A stretch of DNA of 59,711 nt, counting the filler, from Sphacelaria rigidula (Eukaryota), in NCBI GenBank assembly GCA_964200075.2. It is 10 parts of 10 records of this genome, joined end to end, with 100 filler letters (N's around TTAATTAATTAA, not from the genome) between each part and the next. Parts side by side here need not be neighbours in the genome. Positions count along the whole stretch, not along the records: positions 47,852 to 53,731 come from CAXNAA020023766.1; positions 53,832 to 59,711 come from CAXNAA020023767.1; 8 more parts are not named here. One strand, written 5' to 3'. The notes beneath the pieces are model-generated. The model saw only the letters and a list, made by a program, of their open reading frames with translations. It did not search any database and had not been told where the DNA came from. The translations under genes were made by a program, and so were the position numbers. Of the stretch, positions 50,775 to 59,711 are shown piece by piece; the stretch's first letter is position 1, and the number at the start of each line of letters is the position of its first letter.

Positions 50775-51120
50775 GGAGGCGTACTCATTTGTTGCTTGCC
50801 TTGGTCGTGTGACCATTAACCACGCACCCCTACAAAGCCGGGACGGAGCACGCCGGGTTTCCGCCGGACCAGGCTGAGAGGGGGGGGGCGTACTCATTTG
50901 TTGCGTGCCTTAGTCGTGTGACCATTGACCGCCCTTCGAGACGGAGCATCGTTCCTACGCCTAATAGACACACCTCCAAAATTCAGGCGCCCATGATATT
51001 TCTTCCATACAAAACACAAAAACCGTTGACATAGCTTATTTACGTCCTGTTTCGCCGTCTGTGGCCACCATGCATCTCCCAGTATAACCATCGTTTTTTC
51101 CCTACTGTCCCACGTATCAA
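50775..51120 (+). repeat. Modular interspersed repeat with Gn-cgtactcatttgttgc head (two tandem modules)
   Basis: Related segments at 23928-23995, 36778-37015 and 41955-42085, and inverted at 18020-18160 and 18200-18285. Confidence 0.8.
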
Positions 51121-52869
51121 GGGAGAAGTTATAAGTGTGACACAAACACAACAAAAGCACGATTGGCTTTCTGTGCTCCTGGAGAGGGTAACACGGTCCG
51201 TTGATCACAGGAAACGAATTCCCAAGTACAGCTACACATGTGGCGCCTAGACAGTCCTCTGCTGCGACATAAGCAACGAATTGTTCAGCACTAGGTCAAG
51301 CAAAATCACCCTCCCGTCTGCTGCTTTTCTCGGATGAAAAAGGAACGCCGCCGAAGGGCTTGAATATGTGTTTTTCCGGGACAGTGTTTCTTGAGGTTTC
51401 AGAAAGCGGCTGCATGCGTTATTTTTTAGTGCAACAATATCGCGAACCTGGATATTTTCGGGGAAACTATTGTAGTAAAACGTAGCTCTGGGGTAAGGCT
51501 CACGCAACGCCAAAATGAGACGACAGCGACAACAGCAGCTGCCACCGGAAACGCCTCCGAGACGTAAACCCAATTTTTCGGCGCAGCTCAAATCAGTCAA
51601 AAGCGATGACGGAGACTCACGTCCGACGGCAACAAGAGCGCGACTCATTTTGATCGCAAATCGAAGTACAACGACCGGCGGAAATAGTTAGCGGTAACAA
51701 GCTGAAGCATACCGTCGTCTTCGTCAGCATCGACATGACGAATTTGGATGCTGAATGTTGCGTAATTATCAATCACACGTACTGCAGTACCTTGGAATCT
51801 GACGACCTAATCGGTCCGGAGTCTCATGACCGATCGACTACAGTTCCTCCGAACGTTTTCGCAGGTATTCATAAGATCCTCACGGCAGCTGGTCCCTCCT
51901 GAACATTAGGCAACTCCTGAGGGCATGCCTCAAGTACTCGACGTGTTGAGAAATCGTTTGCGTCGTACCGAACGTTGAACTATGTCTCGCTGGGTTGAAG
52001 AAGGAAAAAACGTTCACGTGTTCGGGAGGTTCGCAAGCCCCTCCTCTCCCGGCTGTGCATGCATCACGCACTGTCCTTCGTATCTACAGTTGACGCAGGT
52101 AGTGAGAGAGCTAGCCATCTGGCATGCACAGCTTCAGACACTATTTCCACGTGAGGTGATGGCAGCAGTGATTTAAGTGGCGTGCAATGACCACAGAGGG
52201 TGCGACATGCCAACGTCACTTTTCCTAGTGGCGAGAAAATTTCTGAGCGGAACGTACTGCATTCCCCCGAAAACTCTAGGTTGTCTCTTCGTCTCGAGGC
52301 AGAGCAAGAGGATATTAGAATATACGTGATATGTTTGGGTGCAGTCGTGGGTAGCCACGTTTTGTTGTGCCTGAATTGGAATCCGAATAGGTTTTTGCGG
52401 CTTTCGTGTGGGCACGAACAAACGCGTAAACAGTGCCTGTTGGGTCGGCCGCAGCTTCAGGCAACGATATTGTGACCAAGAAACCTTTCCGTGAGACGTT
52501 ACCGCCAGGGCTTACGTGCTGTTAGATTGATGATGGTCGGGCACTTCGTGATCCGCTACGATTTAAGCCGTTTATCATGGGACAGACATGCCCGGGATAA
52601 ATGAAACGGAACTCCTCGCGATAGATGACTCCAAAACAATGGAGAAGACGAAAAGTCAGGAGAATAAGTAGGGGGAAAAGGAGAATAAAATGCCACGAAA
52701 CGAATAAAATGGAAAGAGAATGAGAGAAGGAAAATGGGGAAAATGAATTTGAAGACAAGAGAATGAAGGATCTAGGCGAAGACCCATTCAGTACCTGTCA
52801 CGAGAGAAATCCAGGACGGAGCCATGCCTCATTACCTCAGGCAAAGAAGCTGTACAAGAAGGAATTGAA

Positions 52870-53075
52870 ACAAAATCTAATCGAACAGAATAGAACAAAG
52901 CAGAACAGAACAGACTCGAACCGAACCGGACCGAACCGGACCGAACCAAACCGAACTGAACTAAGCGGAGCCGAACGAAAAGCATGTAATCAAACAGAAC
53001 CAGACCAGACCAAACCATACTATACCATACCAAGGCCGTACATAACAGAAGACTGAAACGGAACGAAACGTGGAG
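52870..53075. repeat. Degenerate pentanucleotide repeat (GAACC/GAACA/GACCA)
   Basis: Direct observation. Confidence 0.85.
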
Positions 53076-53308
53076 AAATGACGAAATAACAAAAATCAAG
53101 GAATGATGATTGCCGTCCGATCGTGGCCACAAGTACAGCAGTACGATGACAATCTATGCCGCAACAACAAACGTGGGCGCCCTCTTTAAAGGCGGGCGTT
53201 TCCCCGAACACGAGGCAACAGACAAAGAGCAAACAAAATGTCTGGGTGTCACCAATGATGTGAGAGACACAAAGCCTACACAAGAACAGCTAGCGAAGGA
53301 CGTAGTAC

Positions 53309-53430
53309 CTGAAAATGGAGACGCCATTCAGCATGATACCCACATCTCCCGCTTCGGTGCTCAGGTCTGTCGTATCACCTCCGCCGAAGAGCATCGGATA
53401 GGCTGGAATTGTAGTGCTCGACGATATTTC
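53309..53430 (-). CDS. YHYH-domain protein, exon A
   Basis: cag| EISSSTTIPAYPMLFGGGDTTDLSTEAGDVGIMLNGVSIF AG|gtacta. IP..P...G..G...NGV.IF motif, phase 2. Confidence 0.85.
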
Positions 53431-53731
53431 CTGACGATGGCGAAGCAGGCACGACGGGAGTTGAACACAGCGATTGCCGACGTAAAGCTCAGAACCTATA
53501 CTTGGGATTTATTCGCGCGTGTTTTCCGCTACCAAAACACACCTTCTACAAGAGGGGTCTGTTATAATCACGGGTGCAAATTTAGGGATCGTGTTGAAAG
53601 TCGAGCACCGATCTTAAAAATCAAGCATATGAAAATGAGGGAAGCTTCGACCACACAACAGCCGATCCTAATTTTTGGGGTTGAAACATAATATGAGGTT
53701 GAAGTCCCATCCCTCCATTGCAGGGAAGATA

Positions 53732-53831
53732 NNNNNNNNNNNNNNNNNNNNNNNNNNNNNNNNNNNNNNNNNNNNTTAATTAATTAANNNNNNNNNNNNN
53801 NNNNNNNNNNNNNNNNNNNNNNNNNNNNNNN
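53732..53831. other. Artificial scaffold linker
   Basis: Same 100-bp linker. Confidence 0.98.
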
Positions 53832-54199
53832 CCCGCCACTGGAAACTCCCGAAAACCTCCGGACTGTCAACCTGTGAAACTGTTCCGAGGCGACACTCGC
53901 TGTCCAAGGGTTGACCACTTCGACTGCGAAGTTTGGCAGCGAAAGCGTAACATGACACGTCACACGTTACACGTCACTCTTCTCCTGACGTGTGGCCTAG
54001 CCCTAATGGATACAGCCGACTCATTTTCAAAGAAATATCTTTCAAGTGGCTGGTTCCTTCACCGATGAGCACCAGGGTGATCAGTCACCATCCAAATTTT
54101 ACCGTGCTTTACCGGGATGACTGAATACCATGATGAACATCAACCTCTAAAAACCATGCCGAAATCGGCCTTCGTGTTCGTTTCATCTATTTTCTATGC

Positions 54200-56100
54200 A
54201 TTTCCTATTTTCCCTACTTACGTTATTGTAGTGGGCTCCACGCGCGCAGGGGGACCACCCCGCAGCGCACGACGAAACGCGTTGACGCGGCGATGCAATA
54301 TGACGCGCTGGCGCTCCGCTTTTGAGACGCTGAGACCTTTCGTCACTGCGTCCCTCACGCTCTCCTCCAGCGCCACGTTCCGAGCGCACTCCTCTTCCGT
54401 CGGATCCATGAACGTCTCCGGGCCGCGCTCTACCAAGCGTTCCACTGCCGCATCCCGCTCCTCGGTCACCTGCCCCCCAGCCTCCTAAATAGCATCCACC
54501 GACAAGCTCACGCGACGGCTGCCCAGAAAAGCGGGCGTCTCCAAGCGCGGACCAGGCGGAGACATCCGCGTCTTCGTGGAGTCCCACAACCGCGCCTACG
54601 GCTCGACTCCAAGATCCTGAAGCGTCGGCAATCCCAGAAGAATGGCGCCATCTGACCCCGGCATGATCGCGAACAAGATCGGAGGAAACTGCGCCGGCGC
54701 CTAGGAAGTCGTGAAAGTCAGCTGCAGCGGCACAGTACGCTCTGTGACATGAAAATGCTGACCCGACGCGGTGACGGCCTGTCGCGTCCCGAGCGAAAAC
54801 GAGATGCGCGGCGGCACACCCGGGAGAAGACGCTTCAATATCGTTACAATCTGCACCGACAGACTCACATGACTCGTGAAGTGGGCGCCAGAATCCCACA
54901 TAGCCCGAACCGCAATGGCTCCACGCTCCCGTTGATTTGGAAAACACAGCTCCGCAGGAACGTATTTGTCCGCAAACTCCACTGGCACTTCATTCGCCGG
55001 CCGATGCGCCGCTTATCCCACTTGACGCCACGGCTGCGCAAGCGGAGACGCCCCGGCAGGTTGAAACGGCAAACGCCGGCGAGCACGACCCCCAGCCAGC
55101 ACACCAAGAGTTTGGCGAACCTCTGACCAGCGCCTCAGCAGGCGTCGCGGCTGGCGCTGCTGCCAGTGTCGCCACCGGCACCACCATCGGCGCCGGCGCA
55201 GTGCTCAACACTGTAGAAATCGATCCCACCTGCACCGCGCGTTGCGGAGCAGCAGCACCTACGGCGGTGCCGGACCCAGAACCAGACCCATGCTGACGCC
55301 GCCGCCGCCGCCGCCGCCGCCGCTGCTGCTGCTGCTGCTGAGGACTCGACTGCGACCCCCCACCGCCGGAGGATCCGCCGCCGCCACCACCCCGATTACC
55401 TCGTCATTTGCCCTTGTTCTGACGATGCTGATGGCGCGCGGCATGAGGCTGCCCAGACTCTCCACCGAAAGACGTTGGGCAATCGCGCGCGTAATGGCCG
55501 ACCTGGCCACAACAGTGGCAAGTGCCCGCCGCATGCCCAGCATGCTTTTTAATCGCCGCAACCAATTGCGGCGGGGTGATCGTGCTCTTCTCACGCTCCG
55601 CATGCGCAAACACTCTTTGCGCATGCGTCGGTGCTTGTTGAGCCATCGACACCACCTGGTGTCGCACTGCATCCCCTGCGTTAGCGTGCTTCACACGCTT
55701 ACTGTACTCCGCGTACTTCGCATAAAAGTGCGAGATGCACTTCCACATTACCCATTCCCATATTGGAGAGGTCACAACTCTTCCCGCATGACCACGGGCG
55801 TCACGCTGGACGTGCTACGCGAGCCGGTCGTCATAGCTGCAGCCGGCTACCTGCGAGCCTTTCGCAGGCCAGCGGATCTTCTCGAATTGCACACTTCTTT
55901 GCTTCGTCGCCGCACCACACAGTCGTGGGAGCCTCCAAACGGAGCCTCCAAACCCCCGCTGCACGTAGCTTCAGCAAGTCTCCAGTCTGAATCAATCACA
56001 GGTGTCAGCCGCCTTTCTGCAGCTACCATCAGCTTGGACCCCCTCCACGCGCCCGTGATGCTTCAGGTTGTCAGCTGCCAGACTCCTCCGCCGAAATGCT
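54200..56100 (-). mobile_element. Degenerate Ty3/gypsy-like retrotransposon gag-protease relic
   Basis: Zinc knuckle CHCCGQVGHYARDC (ORF 55404-55775), followed downstream by retropepsin-like VRAMWDSGA (ORF 54701-54988). Several frame breaks, and no RT visible. Confidence 0.75.
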
Positions 56101-56129
56101 TCCAGCAGGTTCTGCTAGGGTACTTTTTC

Positions 56130-56420
56130 TAGCACTAATACATGTAATCTTTTTCGCCGTTGAAGAGCCTTTGATGCAGGTGCACTTTTTTCACTTGATT
56201 TTAGAGTACGGCTGAACGGATTCATTCCGTCGTTTCCAGGAGCTCTGAGAGGCCAGCATTTGCTCACACTTGATTTTAGACTACGGCGAAACGGTGTCAT
56301 TCGGTCGTTCTCAGAAGCTCAGAGAGGCGAGTAGTTGCTCTTACTTGATTTTAGATTACAGCGAAACGGGGTCATTTCGTTCTTTCAAGCTCTGACAAAG
56401 CAGCATTGCATGATTCCCCT
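56130..56420. repeat. ~70-75-bp tandem repeat, about 3 copies
   Basis: acttgattttaga..ac.gc.gaa.cgg..tcatt.cgtcgtt....agctc.ga repeats. The same motif appears at ~14058. Confidence 0.7.
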
Positions 56421-56688
56421 TCAGGACGTTTCGGGAGCATCGCTTCCACGGCAGTGCTCTGCATGGTGTTTTCCGCCTTCTTTCCTCGCCATGGCGGTAG
56501 ACCCTCCTTGCGTCCATGTCACACCGCACACAGGACTGTCAGAATCGTTCCCAGGTGCTCTGAGACAGGTGCACTTTTTCACTTGCTTTCAGAGAAACGG
56601 GGTCTCTTTGCGACCCTTTGACCGTCGGAGATGCCACCTCTTGCCGTATACTGGTCACTTGAAAATTGAATCAGGATCATGCCCAGTA

Positions 56689-56900
56689 GAGATATCTCAA
56701 ACTCGGCTCCCGGTATCCTGGTTTGTTTTGTTCTATTTTATCAGGCGAAAGTGATGCCGATTCATCAGATGATGTGACCCTTTGACCGCCAGGTCAGGTC
56801 CTCCTTTGAATCGCGATCACTTTCACTTGAAAAAATAGTACGCAACTCAGAACCAGTGAATAAACCAGGACACCGGGAGCCGAGTTTGAGATATAACTCT
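56689..56900. repeat. ~35-bp inverted repeat pair
   Basis: tatctcaaactcggctcccggtatcctggttt versus aaaccaggacaccgggagccgagtttgagata. Confidence 0.75.
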
Positions 56901-57112
56901 AGTTGGATAGGTTGGTGCGGAACGACTCTTCGTCCAATCTCGGCGCACACGGGAAGCATGTTGTGATCTTGCCCGCAAGTCGAATCGTCTCGACTGTACT
57001 TCCCTTTTCCTGTCTCTGGACTGCTGTTGTTGTTGCTGCTGCTTCTGCTCTGCCATACATGCGTTTTTCATGAGGCGGCTTCTGTTGTTGATATTTTTGT
57101 CGGCAGACGGTC

Positions 57113-57185
57113 GCTCTGGTGGCTCAGTTGGTAACCTCCAAACCTCGTGGCGGTTGGGTCGTCGGTTCGAACCTCAGTGCAGTCA
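57113..57185 (+). pseudogene. tRNA-derived sequence (SINE head or tRNA pseudogene)
   Basis: A-box TGGCTCAGTTGG, B-box GGTTCGAACC (57164-57173) and a central stem-loop aacc-tcgtggc-ggtt. The acceptor stem does not pair. Confidence 0.6.
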
Positions 57186-57234
57186 CACGATCTGGAATAT
57201 TATCTAACACCATGTTCAACAGTGGACAGCGACT

Positions 57235-57584
57235 ACAATGTTTTCGTGAGATTGAGAGTAGAGCGCTGGTTGAGAGTGGCTTTGACTATTCGCTTCAACG
57301 AAGCCAGTTTTTCATTCCGTGCGTACTTTTCTTCGCCTCTAGCACTGACGTGTGCATACAGCTACACGTCGATATCTTGCTCACGGTAGACTTTACCACT
57401 CGGTAGTTGACAGATAGTTCTCGGAAATTTAAAGTCACCTCCTTGCTCAGGGGTATCAAGGGTCTCAGTGGCAAGCTCCTACAGTACAGAGAGCGTCTTG
57501 AGCCTCGTGGAGGGGCATTTCGGAACTGAAACGATTCATTGACTAATTGACCGCTTTTCACTCTCAATCGTATCTTCTATTCTC
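57235..57584. mobile_element. Second, longer copy of the MITE at 2201-2498 (inverted; right TIR truncated)
   Basis: acaatgttttcgtgagattgagagtagag ... ttgaccgcttttcactctcaatcgtatcttctattctca. Confidence 0.8.
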
Positions 57585-58906
57585 AGAATTCGGTCGACGA
57601 GCGAAGGGGACCGCTGAACCCCTCTCGCGATGAAAAGTATGGCGACCACCACAGAATTTCCTGTGTTGACCTCCCTTCTGTGTTACACGGAATCCCAGAA
57701 CCATGTGGTTTGCACGCAGGGTGTTTTCCATCAATCGGTAACATTTTTAGTTGGAAAACGATTAAAAATGATGTCGATTCATACAAAGGCCCCTGCGTGC
57801 ATATCACATGTTTCTGGGGATCCCGTCACAAAAAGGGTTCATCCTTTGACCGGTAGGGTAGATCATCTGGACCACGCTGTACTTTGTGAAGGCCAAGTAA
57901 CTGATGCCGATTTAACAAGAGATAACTCATCATGGCGGTCAAATGGTCAAGTTCGTTGCCACTATATGGGTTCTTGGTTTGCGGGGGCGGTCAGTTCCTC
58001 AGGTTCACTTTTGATTGTGATGCCTTGTGTTGGGCCTTCGTACATACTCATAATCCATGTTGCTCTTCGGGCTGAAAACAAAACATTTTATATTTTTAAC
58101 TCGAAGCGGCATCATGCTCATGAAACACTCAGTCGACACGACAAATGCTTCCCACCGCTTTCCATCAACCATTTGACGGCGAAAATCAGGTAATCTGTTA
58201 AAGTGACATCAATTTCACTCAATGAAAGTGTCCATGATCCAGATTTGCTACCGTGCTCAGTCCATGAGCTTACACAACGCACACAGCTGTCACCGGTGCT
58301 CATGTACCTTGGGTGTCGATCCTGGTCGATCTACTGATCGTGGCGGCGAAGCCGGAGAAACGCCACGTTGCGGTTGGCGTGTGCTCAACTGTCCTGCTAT
58401 TTCTGGAACCCGTTTCGTACAATGGGTCATGTCTGTGATATTGAATCCGCGGTTGTCGGGAGATATCGGTCGCTACTGTTGGTCGATTGTTGCCATACTT
58501 CTTCCGTTTCTCTTATATATCCACTACCCCCTCTGAGCGGATTTATAAGCAAGGTTCGGAAAAACGGAATTTAAGCAAGGTTGGTATGATATGGCCCCAA
58601 ACGGGTCGTCTGGGCACTGTGGACCATCGGACAACGTTTGTGTATGATCAGGTACCACATTGGGAAAAAAAGAAAACGATGAGGTTGGGTGGGGAGGGAT
58701 TGTGCGTAAAAATCCCCTGGTCAGTCATTTCGGTGGAGATCCAGTTTTTTTGTACCCAGCGACGGATAAATAAGCCCCGTCACAGGTTTCACAACCCGGA
58801 ATACCCCGTATGAATGGGGCACGACATTTGATGCAAAAAAATAAAGAGTCGCCTCTCGAAAAGGGGGGGGGTATTTCATTATTATCCCCGGTTTGGGGCA
58901 CCGTAG

Positions 58907-59026
58907 ACCACGCTTCAGAACCCCGTCGACGCTGCGCGTCAACAGGTACCGAATGACTTCTTCTCTCTCTGGATCATCCAAATTCTTGCGTTTCTGCCCC
59001 TGAGAGGCGTTGTCAGCAGCAGACAT
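58907..59026 (-). pseudogene. N-terminal relic of plant/oomycete-type mariner transposase
   Basis: MSAADNASQGQKRKNLDDPEREEVIRYLLTRSVDGVLKRG resembles the R..L...ER..I...LL..S..G.L.RG N-terminus of these transposases. Similarity stops at a TA followed by unrelated sequence. Confidence 0.55.
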
Positions 59027-59711
59027 CTCTCACCAGCAGACGGGAAGGATTTTGGGCGGTGGTCCAAAGTTGGGGTGGTGATGTCGAGTAACTTCTGCTG
59101 GGGTGTGTGATGAACTTTTTCGGTGCGACGTCTGAAAGACAGCGGTTCTGTGCGTTCCGCAGCGGCGGTCCAAAAACAACAAAAAAACGGTTCGGAAGAA
59201 GACCTTCATATGCCCGAGTTAGACCGCTTTTGGTCCGGACCTTGCTTATAAAACTGCGGGTATTACCTGCTTCGTTGTTGCCCACGAAGGAGGGGGAATG
59301 AATATTTCATGCCTTTTCAGTTGCTGTTTATGGACCCTGTTCCGTACAATGGGTGTTTCTGCGGTGCAAATGTACTGGACTCATGGTTGCGAACTCTCGT
59401 GTGTGTCCGTCGCAAGTCTTTGTGTCCCCGGGTATCGGGTTCCTATCCGTTGCTGTGGGTGGAAAACGTAAATGAGTGTCTCCGTATCTGTTCTTCGACG
59501 ATGGAGGTAGTCTTTTGCCCGTTCTACCGTATCGGTACAATCGTCAAAACATCATTAAGCCTCTTCTTCATTTCCTGCCCCCGGGACACGGGTCTCCACA
59601 CGCACACAGCGCAATATACTGCACTTGAAGCTATGATCTGTTCCGTCATCTACTGCGAGCAACGATGACCGGTCCTCATGTACCTTGGCTATCGGTCGCA
59701 TTGAGCGTGGC

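Noticed and set aside
5883..53831. Regular ~5.98-kb periodicity with TTAATTAATTAA motif
   Set aside because: Artificial assembly linker. ORFs ending in XXXLIN are artefacts.
57113..57185. Functional tRNA-His(GTG)
   Set aside because: The acceptor stem does not pair and the base before the anticodon is C rather than U. Kept only as a tRNA-derived relic.

Overview
Eukaryotic DNA, most likely a brown alga or related ochrophyte. This is inferred from short GT-AG exons in long repeat-rich introns, a stramenopile-type AA-F plastid targeting motif and the 5S-like sequence. The window is not one locus. It is ten unrelated scaffolds of 5882-5880 bp, sorted by decreasing size and joined by artificial 100-bp linkers (N44-TTAATTAATTAA-N44), so no synteny can be inferred across linkers. 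Spliced gene fragments were reconstructed by hand with consistent intron phases: a PqqL-like M16 peptidase (2 exons), the VPS13 chorein N-terminus (3 exons), a plastid- and probably thylakoid-lumen-targeted CaMKII-AD/COG4875 iota-carbonic-anhydrase-like protein (3 exons, minus strand), an oxoglutarate/dicarboxylate-type mitochondrial carrier (3 exons), trehalose-6-phosphate synthase (2 exons) and a YHYH-domain protein (3 exons). Mobile DNA includes a degenerate Ty1/copia element, a Ty3/gypsy relic, a mariner transposase relic, several MITEs (TA-, TTAA- and 8-bp-TSD types), long foldbacks and a modular interspersed repeat. The two best leads are the tripartite-targeted iota-CA-like gene and a 5S rRNA + tRNA-like composite (candidate SINE) split by a piggyBac-type MITE in its A-box.
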